A DNA stretch of 64,000 nt from Spirochaetaceae bacterium (GTDB taxonomy: Bacteria; Spirochaetota; Spirochaetia; DSM-2461): contig OZ245056.1 in the NCBI GenBank assembly GCA_965224705.1, forward strand, positions 1,632,001 through 1,696,000. Reading direction: 5' to 3'. Each line of letters opens with the position of its first letter. Within the stretch, counting starts at the first letter, position 1. The translations under genes and the position numbers were made by a program. The notes under the pieces were generated by a model. That model saw only the letters and a list, made by a program, of their open reading frames with translations. It was not told where the DNA came from and made no database searches. Below are positions 1 through 10,611 of the stretch, piece after piece.

Positions 1-845
1 GTCCGCAAGCCGCCGGATGCAATTATTCTATCCGATACCAGATCTCCGGCCATTCCTCCGTTCATGGCAATCATGCGGTAGGCAAGAAGCAGTACACCTG
101 TTGGATAACCCCAGCTTCGAAACGATTCACCGGCGATTTGATCCTTTTCTTCTTTTCTGTATGTTTCCACGGTAATCCAATCGGTACCTCCCATGCCTGA
201 AATGTCCACATAAGCCGCTCCGGCATTGAGGAGTTTCAAACCTTCTCCGGGGGGGATTCCATTGCCCGTTTCTTTCACGAGTACCGGGAAATCAGCCTCA
301 TCGATCAGGCGGCAGATGCTTTCGAACCATCCGGTATAATTCCTATCCCCATGATGCTGGAAGAATTCCTGTCCGGGATTCAGATGTATGAAAAGCCCAT
401 CGGCCTGGATCCTTTTTACTGCTTCTGAAATTGTGTGAGAGGAGTATTCTGCAAGTTGAGCTGCCCCGATATTGGCGAGAACCGGTACATCTGGTGCCAG
501 GGATTTTATTTGAAAATGGGAAGTTGTATCCGGATCTTCCAGCATTATACGAATTGAACCGGTGCCAATGGCAACTCTGCGTTCTTCGGCGATTTCTGCC
601 AGCCGATTGTTGAGGGTAAAGCCCTCCCTGGAGCCCCCTGTCATGCAGGAAATCAACACCGGCATGGAAAGAGAGCAGCCGATGAAATCGGATTCAAGGG
701 ATATGGAACCGGCATCAATTTCCGGCATGGAGCAATGGGGCAGATGTATTCGGTTCAGCTCCGTATCACCTGATTCTACAGAGTACGAAGTATCCAGGCA
801 CAGGTTGAGATGGTGCTGCTTCCTTCTGGATGTACCGGTATCCAT
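1..845 (-). CDS. fni: Type 2 isopentenyl-diphosphate delta-isomerase (IDI-2), runs off the window start
   Basis: Manual translation from ATG 845: MDTGTSRRKQHHLNLCL...PVLISCMTGG...NIGAAQL...IHLNPGQE...PVLVKETGNG...DISGMGGTDW. These are IDI-2 motifs. The gene directly follows HMG-CoA synthase. Confidence 0.93.
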   Translation of the reverse strand, partial: MDTGTSRRKQHHLNLCLDTSYSVESGDTELNRIHLPHCSMPEIDAGSISLESDFIGCSLSMPVLISCMTGGSREGFTLNNRLAEIAEERRVAIGTGSIRIMLEDPDTTSHFQIKSLAPDVPVLANIGAAQLAEYSSHTISEAVKRIQADGLFIHLNPGQEFFQHHGDRNYTGWFESICRLIDEADFPVLVKETGNGIPPGEGLKLLNAGAAYVDISGMGGTDWITVETYRKEEKDQIAGESFRSWGYPTGVLLLAYRMIAMNGGMAGDLVSDRIIASGGLR

Positions 846-846
846 T

Positions 847-2121
847 TTATGCCCTGTCGTATAATCGGAAGCCTGTCGTTGTGAAATCCTTCAGATAGAA
901 CATTCCTTTTGCAGGCATGGCTCCCTCAAGAAGATTCTTCCAGACAGTAAAATCCTCCGGCCGGGCCAGCCAGTTTAGATATTCGTGAAAATCAGCCTCA
1001 TGGTATGTCTGCAATGCTTCTTTGATTCGCCAGCGTGAAATCATTTCCGGAGCTCCCTCTGCAATGGTCATTGAAAATACAAACATTGTATTTCCCGAAC
1101 CATAGGATGCAACCAGAATTGATTTCCCTGTTATGGCTTCTTTGTGTTTTTTCCATTCCTGCTCAAGAAGGGCGGCCAGATAGGCATAGAGGGATACAGT
1201 GTAGAGATTGCCGGTTTCACGATTCAGGTACATGGCATCCATAAAGCATGTTTTGCTGATGAATTCTTCCATCCTGGAGGTGTTCTTTCCATACACACTG
1301 TCTAGAAGCTGGGTTACGGCCACTTCCGGCATTGTGGGAAAGGGGACATGGAGGGCGATGTAGTCGGTATCGTCCAGTACCTCCTGAGGACTTTTTTGCA
1401 GTCTGTTACAATAATCACTGTATGCGGCAATGAGGGCATCCCTGTAGCATTTCATTGAATAGCCTCCCTTTACTCTGGCTGTGACCGACCCGGGAGGCCG
1501 GAAGAAATCATCCACATCCGACGAGAAATATCCCTGGTTCCTGAGATCAATTTCCAGAAGTCTGGGGTTTTTCTCTATCAGAAGAGCGGCAGAACCAGCA
1601 CCCTGGGTCATTTCAGCCGCACTTGGAGCTTCGTAGCGGGAGATATCACTGCATAGAATCAGGGCTCTGTCATCCGGATTTCCGGAGAACCCAAGCATTG
1701 AACTGCTGCTGAGAAGTGCCGCTGTTCCTCCCGCACAGGCATGTTTCACCTCAAAGGTGGAGAGATTACTGGCAATGTCATAATTGGCGTTTTGCAGCAT
1801 ACCCTGAACATAGGCTGAAACAGGTTTTGAATGATCAACAGCGGTTTCTGTTCCGGTGACGATAGACCGTATTCCCCTCACCTGGGCCGGGGTCATTCTA
1901 TCCAGAACAACGACGGCGGCGTTTCCTGCCAGGGATGCTGTATCTTCCCAGGGTTCAGGAAAGCGGAACGCTGTCAGACCGGTTTTTTTTATTGCCTTTG
2001 AAAGGTGGTTCACGAGCTCAGGATGGGAAACGGCACGGGATTTTACCAGGGTGTCCATGCGCATTCGGGGGGATGGCAGGTAGAGGCCGATGTCTCCAAT
2101 ACCTATTTTAGTTTGATCCAT
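847..2121 (-). CDS. mvaS: Hydroxymethylglutaryl-CoA synthase
   Basis: Motifs GTETAVDHSK, EVKHACAGGT (catalytic Cys), TQGAGS, DFFRP, HVPF, GNLYT and SYGSG. Likely start is ATG 2121. Confidence 0.92.
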   Translation of the reverse strand: MDQTKIGIGDIGLYLPSPRMRMDTLVKSRAVSHPELVNHLSKAIKKTGLTAFRFPEPWEDTASLAGNAAVVVLDRMTPAQVRGIRSIVTGTETAVDHSKPVSAYVQGMLQNANYDIASNLSTFEVKHACAGGTAALLSSSSMLGFSGNPDDRALILCSDISRYEAPSAAEMTQGAGSAALLIEKNPRLLEIDLRNQGYFSSDVDDFFRPPGSVTARVKGGYSMKCYRDALIAAYSDYCNRLQKSPQEVLDDTDYIALHVPFPTMPEVAVTQLLDSVYGKNTSRMEEFISKTCFMDAMYLNRETGNLYTVSLYAYLAALLEQEWKKHKEAITGKSILVASYGSGNTMFVFSMTIAEGAPEMISRWRIKEALQTYHEADFHEYLNWLARPEDFTVWKNLLEGAMPAKGMFYLKDFTTTGFRLYDRA

Positions 2122-2187
2122 GAATACCTCAATTATACTCTGGTTCATTATTGCGTATCTATCCATCAATAGCCAGTTATGAAGCAT

Positions 2188-2216
2188 AAAAAAGACCGTC
2201 CGGGGAGGGACGGTCT
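2188..2216 (-). terminator. Intrinsic terminator on the minus strand
   Basis: 9-bp stem agaccgtcc/ggacggtct with a 6-nt loop, followed by T6 on the minus strand. Confidence 0.7.
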
Positions 2217-2275
2217 AAAAGGAGGCCAGTGGTTATCCTGGGAGGAGTGTTATTTCAACCACGAGAGACCTTGTT
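2188..2275 (-). ncRNA. Candidate small RNA with C-rich (anti-SD) loops
   Basis: Sigma28-like TCAA-N15-GCCGAATA upstream (2308-2282), stem gtggtt/aaccac enclosing CUCCUCC, a further CCUCCU, then the terminator. Confidence 0.35.
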
Positions 2276-2333
2276 GTTTTATATTCGGCATTTGTGCGGC
2301 AATCTTGAGGGCGCCTTTGAGGTTCTTTCTGAA

Positions 2334-2496
2334 GGGCACCTCTAAAAAACACCCATTCCGTTTCTGGCTTGATCTTTACCACTGCTACTGCGTTGCCAAA
2401 ATGCTCACGTAGCCCAGCTACACTCCGCTTTTGTCGCCTTGTATCAGTGAAAAATCTCTGCACCAGATTCCGAAAGCGGGTTTTTTAGAGGTGCCC
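2334..2496. mobile_element. 163-bp MITE, TIR GGGCACCTCTAAAAAAC, 4-bp TSD TGAA
   Basis: Inverted termini, TGAA on both flanks, and an internal core shared with the MITEs at 57616 and 58476. Confidence 0.85.
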
Positions 2497-2538
2497 TGAA
2501 GAATTCATTCCATGGTACCCTTGAAGAGGAGGTGTGAA

Positions 2539-4326
2539 GTGTCAATTCTTCATCGATCAGGCCGACTGCGTCAGGTTATGGCCGATGCCGGTTTCGATGC
2601 CTGCATCATTGTTGGTTCGGATCCGCACGGAAATGAAATCCCATCGAAACGGTGGCAGACCCGGGAATGGATAAGCGGATTTACGGGCAGTTCCGGGACT
2701 GTTGTTGTAACGAAGGACTTTGCAGGACTGTGGACAGATTTCCGCTACTGGACACAGGCTGCACAGGAACTCTCAGGTACGGAGATAAAACTTTTCCGCT
2801 CCTTTGAACCGGGTGTTCCCACGCCTGAGGAATGGCTGGTCAAGAATCTCAAACCAGGTTCTCTTGTTGCTTTCGATGGGCAGACAATCCGTTATGCGGA
2901 TGCCGATAAGTGGGTTGCGGCATTCAGGAACGCCGATATTTCATTCGATTCCTCAAGGGATCTTCTTGAGGATATCTGGCCGGACAGACCATCCATGCCT
3001 GCGAATCCAGTTATTGAGCTGAGTGAGGATGAAAGCGGAGAGTCCCGTCGGCAGCGGATAAAACGATTACGTTTGAAACTTCAGGAGGCCGGTGCCGATA
3101 CCTGGATAGCCGCGGCTCTGAACCTGCAGGCATGGCTTCTCAACATTCGGGGAAGCGATATTCCTCATACACCCGTTGTGTATGGATACATCATTGTCCG
3201 GCCGGATTCAATTCGGTGGTACACCGATCCTGAACGCCTGTCTTCTGAACTCACACTTTCCCTTGAATCGGATTGTATTCAGGTTGTTCCATACGGGAAT
3301 TTCACGCACGAAGCGGCCTCCCTGCCGGAGAGCTGCCGCATTCTTGCTGACCCGGAATTGCTTTCATGGTCGGTGGTGAGTCATCTGTCAGCGAAATCAA
3401 TCCATGCCCCCGATCCCGTCGAATTGATGAAGGCTGAAAGAAATCCAGTGGAATTGGAGTTTACACGGGATGCAATGAAGAAGGATGGAGCGGCCCTGGT
3501 GAAGCTGTTCATCGATCTGGAACGGCGGCTGAGCCAGGGGGAGGATGTTGGGGAAATTCAGGCCATTGAGTTGCTGAGAAAACATCGGGAAACCCTGCCG
3601 GGTTTCCTTGGCGAAAGTTTTTCAACCATCGCTGCGGCGGGAGCCAATGCAGCCCTCTGCCATTACGAAGCAAAACCGGAGAATCAGGGCTATCTCAATT
3701 CAACAGGCAATATTTTTCTTCTTGATTGCGGCTGTCAGTGGAGGGAAGGAACAACGGATATCACCCGTACCGTCTCATTCAATCAGCCCTCGCCGGAGGA
3801 AAAACGGGATTATACAAGGGTCCTCAAGGCCCATATTGCTCTTTCACGGATACGATTTCCTGCCGGTACATGCGGCTACCAGCTTGATGCCATTGCCAGG
3901 GCCGGACTCTGGCAGCAGGGAATCGACTTTGGGCATGGAGCAGGTCATGGAGTTGGCTTTCGTCTTGGCGTTCATGAGGGCCCTCAGAGCATCAGTCCCA
4001 AACCTGTGGATGTGAAACTGGAGCCGGGGATGGTTGTTTCCAACGAACCGGGTATCTACAGGGAAGGATTCTATGGTATACGGATTGAGAATCTCATGGC
4101 ATGCCGCAGGGATGAGAAAACTGAATTCGGACAGTTTCTCTCTTTTGAAACCCTCAGCCTTGCCCCCTATCAAAGAAGCCTCATCGATGCCGATCTTCTG
4201 GATTCAGAGGAAATTCAGTGGATTGATGAATACCATGCCTCTGTACGGGAGAAACTTGCCCCGCTGCTGGAGGCGGATGAGGCGGCATGGCTTGAAAAAG
4301 CTACGGAGTGTCTGGGGAAGGAATAA
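2539..4326 (+). CDS. Xaa-Pro aminopeptidase (aminopeptidase P, M24B)
   Basis: Motifs [44 protein letters not shown] and GIRIEN. GTG start follows GAGGAGGT. Confidence 0.93.
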   Translation: MSILHRSGRLRQVMADAGFDACIIVGSDPHGNEIPSKRWQTREWISGFTGSSGTVVVTKDFAGLWTDFRYWTQAAQELSGTEIKLFRSFEPGVPTPEEWLVKNLKPGSLVAFDGQTIRYADADKWVAAFRNADISFDSSRDLLEDIWPDRPSMPANPVIELSEDESGESRRQRIKRLRLKLQEAGADTWIAAALNLQAWLLNIRGSDIPHTPVVYGYIIVRPDSIRWYTDPERLSSELTLSLESDCIQVVPYGNFTHEAASLPESCRILADPELLSWSVVSHLSAKSIHAPDPVELMKAERNPVELEFTRDAMKKDGAALVKLFIDLERRLSQGEDVGEIQAIELLRKHRETLPGFLGESFSTIAAAGANAALCHYEAKPENQGYLNSTGNIFLLDCGCQWREGTTDITRTVSFNQPSPEEKRDYTRVLKAHIALSRIRFPAGTCGYQLDAIARAGLWQQGIDFGHGAGHGVGFRLGVHEGPQSISPKPVDVKLEPGMVVSNEPGIYREGFYGIRIENLMACRRDEKTEFGQFLSFETLSLAPYQRSLIDADLLDSEEIQWIDEYHASVREKLAPLLEADEAAWLEKATECLGKE

Positions 4327-6142
4327 CTCTGACGGCCCCCCTGTCGGCACTGGATGCCAGGAGGGCATAGGCCCTTAAGGAATCGGGGACATGACGCTCC
4401 CGCTGCGGCTTCCAGGCCGAGGCTCCCTTTGATTCTTCTTCAGACCGCCTTTGCTTCAGTTCGGCCTCTGTCAGCCGTACATTTATTGTTCGACCAGGGA
4501 TATCAATATCGATTGTATCGCCATTGTGTACCAGGGCTATTCCACCGCCTGAAGCCGCCTCTGGTGAGGCATGTCCGATGGACAGGCCCGATGTGCCTCC
4601 GGAGAAACGGCCATCGGTGAGCAGGGCACAGGCCTTGCCAAGATTCATGGATTTCAGGTAGCTTGTCGGGTACAGCATTTCCTGCATTCCAGGACCGCCT
4701 TTCGGCCCTTCATGCCGAATAACGATGACATCACCGGCGGTAATTTTTCCGCCGAGAATAGCATCAACAGCGGCCTCCTGGGAATCGAAAACTCTGGCCG
4801 TACCGGAGAAGGTCAGTATGGATTCATCAACACCTGCTGTTTTGACGACGGCCCCATCGGGAGCAAGATTTCCAAAGAGAACGGCCAATCCTCCGTCCTG
4901 TGAATAGGCATGGGACACCGTGCGGATACAACCGGCCGTTCTATCGGTATCCAGTTTTCTGTACCTGGTAGACTGGCTGCCCATCACAAGATTTCTTCCA
5001 CCGCCGGGGGCGGCCCTATAAAACTCCACGGTTCTGTCCGATGGTTCATCCGCAACATCCCATTGCTTCAATGCCTGGGCCAGATTCTTTGAATCAATCC
5101 GACCGGCCCCTGTATCGAGCAGATTGGCCCGGGCCAGTTCCCCGAGAATCCCCATTATCCCCCCGGCACGATGAACGTCTTCAATGTGATATTTCTCACT
5201 GCTGGGAGCAACTTTGCACAGACAGGGCACCCTGCGGCTCAGGCGGTCGATGTCGGTCAGATTGAAATCCACATCGGCTGACCGGGCGGCGGCCAGAATA
5301 TGCAGTATTGTGTTTGTGGATCCTCCCATGGCAATGTCCAGGGCCATGGCGTTTTCAAAGGCGGCTCTGGCGGCAATGGATCGGGGCAGGACGCTCCGGT
5401 CATCTTCAAAGTAGTAACGGTTGGCCAGTTTAACGATGAGATCGGCGGCTCTGTCAAACAGCCCGGCTCTCTCGGAGTGGGTGGCCAGAACCGTTCCATT
5501 GCCTGGCAGTCCCAGTCCCAGGGCCTCCACCAGGCAGTTCATTGAATTGGCCGTGAACATACCGCTGCACGATCCGCAGGTAGGGCAGGCCAGGTTTTCT
5601 ACCCGATTGAGTTCATCATCATCCACGGATTCATCTCCGGCCATTATCATTGCATCGATGAGATCCAGATTTTTTGTATCGGAGCGTCCGGCTTCCATGG
5701 GGCCGCCTGAAACAAAAACCGTAGGGATGTTGATGCGCAGGGCCGCCATCAGCATCCCCGGAGTTATCTTGTCGCAGTTGGAAATGCAGACAAGGGCATC
5801 GGCACAGTGGGCGTTGACCATGTATTCTGTACTGTCGGCTATTATTTCCCTGGAGGGTAAGGAGTAGAGCATGCCGCCATGTCCCATGGCAATGCCGTCA
5901 TCGACCGCAATAGTGTTAAATTCAGCGGCAAAACAGCCTGATTCCTGGATGCGTTTTTTTATCCGCTGTCCCACATCGTGCAGATGAACATGACCGGGGA
6001 CGAACTGAGTGAAGGAGTTGGCAATGGCAATGAGGGGTTTGTTCATCTGATCATCTGTCATTCCATTTGCCTTCCACAATGATCTTGCTCCAGCCATAAG
6101 CCGTCCATGGCGGCTGACTGCACTTCGTAATTTCCGGGGCAT
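4301..6142 (-). CDS. ilvD: Dihydroxy-acid dehydratase
   Basis: Motifs [57 protein letters not shown] and TDGRFSGG. Confidence 0.97.
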   Translation of the reverse strand: MPRKLRSAVSRHGRLMAGARSLWKANGMTDDQMNKPLIAIANSFTQFVPGHVHLHDVGQRIKKRIQESGCFAAEFNTIAVDDGIAMGHGGMLYSLPSREIIADSTEYMVNAHCADALVCISNCDKITPGMLMAALRINIPTVFVSGGPMEAGRSDTKNLDLIDAMIMAGDESVDDDELNRVENLACPTCGSCSGMFTANSMNCLVEALGLGLPGNGTVLATHSERAGLFDRAADLIVKLANRYYFEDDRSVLPRSIAARAAFENAMALDIAMGGSTNTILHILAAARSADVDFNLTDIDRLSRRVPCLCKVAPSSEKYHIEDVHRAGGIMGILGELARANLLDTGAGRIDSKNLAQALKQWDVADEPSDRTVEFYRAAPGGGRNLVMGSQSTRYRKLDTDRTAGCIRTVSHAYSQDGGLAVLFGNLAPDGAVVKTAGVDESILTFSGTARVFDSQEAAVDAILGGKITAGDVIVIRHEGPKGGPGMQEMLYPTSYLKSMNLGKACALLTDGRFSGGTSGLSIGHASPEAASGGGIALVHNGDTIDIDIPGRTINVRLTEAELKQRRSEEESKGASAWKPQRERHVPDSLRAYALLASSADRGAVRVIPSPDTP

Positions 6143-6212
6143 TTTATATTCCTCCTGAAGGGTAAGTATAGAGCAGGAATGTTTTTTTTGCTATGGGAGG
6201 AAGGATACCTCC

Positions 6213-6490
6213 CAGGGCAATCGCATCTAAAATCCACTAAACAGAGTGTTCAAGGTAATTATTGATCTGATTTTTTAACCGCAGAGAGCGCAGAGAGCGC
6301 AGAGTGTTCCAGGGAATTATTCCCCATGGTTTTTTAACTGCAAAGGGCGCAGAGAGCGCAGAGTGTTCACGGTAATTATTCACCATGGGTTTTTACCGCA
6401 GAGGATGCAGAGTGTTCAAGGTAATTATTGATCTGATTTTTTAACCGCAGAGGACGCAGAGAGCGCAGAGAGATCACGGTAAATACTCAC
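6213..6490 (+). repeat. ISAs1-like MITE left end followed by about 4.5 tandem 50-60 bp units
   Basis: CAGGGCAATCGCATCTAAAATCCACT at 6213 is also found at 53124 and 54619. The unit cagagtgttcaaggtaattatt...ttttaaccgcagagagcg(cagagagcg) repeats from 6242 to about 6490. Confidence 0.8.
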
Positions 6491-6821
6491 CAATTTATTT
6501 ATCAATTATGGAAGTGGTGGATCGGAAGTTTCCGTACCGGAACAGGAGGCCAGGATCCAATTCAGCGTTGGTGTTTTGCCCGTTTAACATGAAATGGATT
6601 GATGCTCAAATCCTAATGTTCACAATTTTCTACATCGGGGGACCTCTAAAAAATTCCGGCACAAGGATGAATCAGTCAGAGGATTGGCTACGGTTTAACG
6701 GTGGGAATAGGTTCCTCTGCGGCATCTTCAGGAAGCGATTTTTATACCGCAGAGGGGCAGAGCATCCGTCCTCAGCTCCCCTGGAGTTGAGGACGAACAC
6801 CCGGATAGAGAAAATCAGCTG

Positions 6822-9800
6822 CTAATCCTGTACCCACTTGACATAAATAGTTCTTGATGATTGACTCCAATCCCAATTACCCACCCCATGGCTCTTAGGA
6901 GGATGAGCCCATACTGTTCCCAATCCATCTTTATTTTCGGTATAGCCGGCTATGCTGAATCCGGTTCTAGTTGGAAGAGAAGGGTAAGAGAAATAGCCAT
7001 CAGATTGTATTGTTGTAAGGCCAGAATAATTAGCATCATTCGGATCTTTAATAATTATTTCATGTCCATAGTTAATAATTCCGTAATATGCATAAATTGT
7101 TTTATCCTCAGGGTAGTCCCAAACTCTCTCGCCCTCTTTTACTTTATTGCCGGCTCCTCCTGTATCATAATACCGATGCCCGGAATATAACCTACCGACA
7201 CTACTCAGCCTGAGATCGTCAGTATAGCCTTGAAATTCTTTCGCATTGTCACTAATGGCAGGCGAAAGAATACCACCGGGAAGCGGCAATTTCTCTCCCA
7301 ATGTTGCTACGACAGATGTTGTAGTACCTCCATTGCTGCCGCCGTTTATATCAAGTGTTACGGTGTATGTGGGTTTTTTCCAATGGGCATAAATCGTTGC
7401 CGCGCTGTCCTGGTCCCAATTATTTTTCGGCTCCATATTCTTGTCGTAATACTGAGTTCCTGTTCCATTATTATTCGCAAAATAACCCTGGAATACATAG
7501 GATACTTCAACCTTAGTGTTCGCGAGAGTATCAAAATACTCATAGACAGGCGGTGTCGGCACCGCCTGGTTTGTTGGCAGCAATGCGTCATAGGTAGCCT
7601 GGAGTGTGGGAGTCCCTGATTCTCCGTTATTCTTATTTAAAGAAACGGCATATTTATTGGCTGTCCATTGAGCGTAGAGGGTAGTAGCCGCCGTTATCGT
7701 AGTATCGAAGTCAAACAAAGTCCCGCCGCTTTGAGCAGTGGACCAGCCTGCAAGTGTGTACCCCGTCCGTGAGGGGCTCTCCGAAACGGCCGTTCCTCCA
7801 CCGGGAATGTTCTGGGTAGTGGGAGTTCCCGAGCCATAATTTGGGTCAAAACTCACCGTGTGAAAGGTTTGCGTCCACTGGGCATACAGGGTTATGTTCG
7901 TTGTTACTGATGTTCCTCCATTTCCAAAGTTAAACTCATTACCACCAGATTGGTTATCAAACCAACCAGTAAACGCATAGTTGCTTCGTGTGGGACGGGG
8001 AGGTTCTGTAGCGGTGTAGCCATTGGGAACTGTTTCAGAGGCTGGTGCCGTGCTGTCTCCTCCATTGACATCGTAGCTTACCGTGTATGTTGTGGCAGCC
8101 CACCGGGCATATAGGGTTATGTCCTTTGTTACTGGTGTTCCTCCGCTTCCAAAGTTAAACTCATTGCCGCCTGTTTGGGCATCAAACCAGCCGACGAACG
8201 TCTGTCCGGTACTTGAGGGATCGTTGGGCTCAGTAGCGGTTCCGCCATCGTTAACTGTTTCAGCGGCTGGTTCTGTTGTGCTGTCTCCTCCATTAACATC
8301 GTAGCTTACCGTGTACTGCTTAATCCACTGGGCATACAATTCTATGTCAGCCGTTACCTTTGTTCCAAAGATATACTCACTACCACCTGATTGGGCATCA
8401 GACCAACCAGTAAACGCATAGCCGCTTCGTGTGGGATCGGCGGGTTCAAGAGCGGTTTTATCATGGTCAACTGTTTCAGCGGCTGGTGCTGGGCTGTCTC
8501 CTCCATTAAGATTGTAGGTTACCGTGTATGTAATAGGAGTCCACTGGGCATACAAGAACCATTCAATAGTTACTGTGGTTCCTTCGCTTCCAAATGTGAA
8601 GGAATCTCCGCCCCCATCAGCCTGTTTGTTCCAGGCAGCATTCAGGGTATAGCCGGTTCTGCTTACCGTTGGGGCTGCTGGTATTATATCGCCATCGTTT
8701 ACTTTTTGAGTTGCCGGGACCGGTGTGGCGTCTCCTCCATTGGCATAGTAGGTTACCGTGTACTGTCTGAAAGACCACTGGGCATACAGGGTGATGTCCG
8801 CTGTTACTGGTGTTCCTCCATCTCCAAATAGGAAGTAAGTTCCACTTTTATCAGATTTTGTAGTCCAGCGAGTATCCAGGAAAGCGCCGCCATCTCCACT
8901 TATACCCGTTGGGGCTGAAGCTATTGTTTCGCCATGGTTTACTATTTGAGTTGCCGGATCCGGTGTGCCTATTCCCCCATTAACATCGTAGGTTACCGTG
9001 TACTGTTTGATAGTCCATTGGGCATACAGGGTTATGTCCGCTGTTACCGCTGTTCCTCCGCTTCCAAATAGGAAGGAAGTTCCGGTCCCATCAGCTTTTG
9101 TATTCCAGGCGGTACTCAGGGTAAAACCGGTTTTGCTTATACCCGTTGGGGCTGCTGCTATTATATCGCCATTGTTTACTGCTTGAGTTGCCGGATTCAG
9201 TGTGCCTGTTCCCTCATTAACATGGTAGGTTACCGTGTGCTGGGTGTTAGACCACTGGGCATAGAGGGTGATGTCCTCTGTTACTGGTGTTCCTCCTTTT
9301 CCAAATAGGAAGGCATCTCCACTCCCATCAGCTTTTGTATTCCAGGCAGTACTCAGGGTAAAACCGGTTTTGCTTACCGTTGGGGCGGCTGCTATTATAT
9401 CGCCATCGTTTACTGTTTGAGTTTCCGGGACCGGTGTGTCGTCCCCTCCATTGGCATGGTAGGTTACCGTGTGCTGGGTGTTAGACCACTGGGCATACAG
9501 GGTGATGTCCTCTGTTACTGGTGTTCCTCCTTTTCCAAATAGGAAGGCATCTCCACTCCCATCAGCTTGTGTATTCCAGGCAGTACTCAGGGTAAAACCG
9601 GTTTTGCTTATACCCGTTGGGGCTGCTGCTATTATATCGCCATTGTTTACTGTTTGAGTTGCCGGATCCGGTGTGCCGTCTCCTCCATTGGCATGGTAGG
9701 TTACCGTGTGCTGAATGTCAGACCACTGGGCATACAGGGTGATGTCCTCTGTTACCGGTGTTCCTTCATTTCCAAATAGGAAGGAAGCTCCGGTCCCATT

Positions 9801-10328
9801 AGCGTCTGTATTCCAGGCTGTATCCAGGAAAAAGCCAGTTCTACTTACCGTTGGGGCTGCTGCTATTGTTTCGCCATGGTTTACTGTTTGAGTTGCCGGG
9901 ACCGGTGTGTCGTCTCCTCCATTGGCATGGTAGGTTACCGTGTGCTGCTTAACCCACCGGGCATACAGGGTGATGTCTGCTGTTACGGCTGTGCCAAAGT
10001 TAAATTCATTGCCGCCTGATTGGGCATCAAACCAACCAGTAAACGTATAGCCGTTTCGTGCGGGATCGGCGGGTTTAGCAGCGGTTCCGCCATCGGTCAC
10101 TTTTTCAGCGGCTGGTGCTGTGCTGTCTCCTCCATTGACATTGTAGCTTACCGTGAACTCGTTCGTTACTGGAACCTCGGGGGTAGCTCCAGGACAGGCT
10201 GTTATCACGATAGCGATGACTGCAATCAATGCAGTCCCGACAAATATGGAAATTCCATTCCTTCTTGCGGGTCTTCCCGCATTCCCGCCGCTGTTAAACA
10301 GGCGGTTCCAAAACTCAAACCGTTTCAT
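6822..10328 (-). CDS. Surface lipoprotein with about 11 canonical and about 3 divergent InlB B-repeat (Listeria-Bacteroides repeat) domains
   Basis: Hydrophobic signal ending ITAC, then repeated TVTY(H/D)xNGG...GYTFTGW...DITLYAQW units of about 70-80 aa. Likely start is ATG 10328. Confidence 0.9.
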   Translation of the reverse strand: MKRFEFWNRLFNSGGNAGRPARRNGISIFVGTALIAVIAIVITACPGATPEVPVTNEFTVSYNVNGGDSTAPAAEKVTDGGTAAKPADPARNGYTFTGWFDAQSGGNEFNFGTAVTADITLYARWVKQHTVTYHANGGDDTPVPATQTVNHGETIAAAPTVSRTGFFLDTAWNTDANGTGASFLFGNEGTPVTEDITLYAQWSDIQHTVTYHANGGDGTPDPATQTVNNGDIIAAAPTGISKTGFTLSTAWNTQADGSGDAFLFGKGGTPVTEDITLYAQWSNTQHTVTYHANGGDDTPVPETQTVNDGDIIAAAPTVSKTGFTLSTAWNTKADGSGDAFLFGKGGTPVTEDITLYAQWSNTQHTVTYHVNEGTGTLNPATQAVNNGDIIAAAPTGISKTGFTLSTAWNTKADGTGTSFLFGSGGTAVTADITLYAQWTIKQYTVTYDVNGGIGTPDPATQIVNHGETIASAPTGISGDGGAFLDTRWTTKSDKSGTYFLFGDGGTPVTADITLYAQWSFRQYTVTYYANGGDATPVPATQKVNDGDIIPAAPTVSRTGYTLNAAWNKQADGGGDSFTFGSEGTTVTIEWFLYAQWTPITYTVTYNLNGGDSPAPAAETVDHDKTALEPADPTRSGYAFTGWSDAQSGGSEYIFGTKVTADIELYAQWIKQYTVSYDVNGGDSTTEPAAETVNDGGTATEPNDPSSTGQTFVGWFDAQTGGNEFNFGSGGTPVTKDITLYARWAATTYTVSYDVNGGDSTAPASETVPNGYTATEPPRPTRSNYAFTGWFDNQSGGNEFNFGNGGTSVTTNITLYAQWTQTFHTVSFDPNYGSGTPTTQNIPGGGTAVSESPSRTGYTLAGWSTAQSGGTLFDFDTTITAATTLYAQWTANKYAVSLNKNNGESGTPTLQATYDALLPTNQAVPTPPVYEYFDTLANTKVEVSYVFQGYFANNNGTGTQYYDKNMEPKNNWDQDSAATIYAHWKKPTYTVTLDINGGSNGGTTTSVVATLGEKLPLPGGILSPAISDNAKEFQGYTDDLRLSSVGRLYSGHRYYDTGGAGNKVKEGERVWDYPEDKTIYAYYGIINYGHEIIIKDPNDANYSGLTTIQSDGYFSYPSLPTRTGFSIAGYTENKDGLGTVWAHPPKSHGVGNWDWSQSSRTIYVKWVQD

Positions 10329-10611
10329 AAACACTCCTCTCAGATTTTCGATCAAGATTAATAACGGGAATACATCCCGCATAAGGTAACAGACAAAGTA
10401 ACAATATATTATATACTATAAGAAAATGGGGGAGATTTCAACTTTTTTATGAAATTTCTTGTTTATGCGTGTCCATTTGCGGCTCTTTCAGCAGTTTCCA
10501 GGGATTGTTTGTTGTTTCGAGATTCGTATAGTGCTGGTCAACTGCTGCGGTCTCTTCCGTCCCGGTCGATAAGCATGTAACGCATTCGGGTATGATTGCT
10601 GCTTTGGGGGT

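Noticed and set aside
6242..6490. Possible CRISPR array
   Set aside because: The variable parts are only 7-9 nt and recur, the units are degenerate and match MITE internal sequence, and there are no cas genes.
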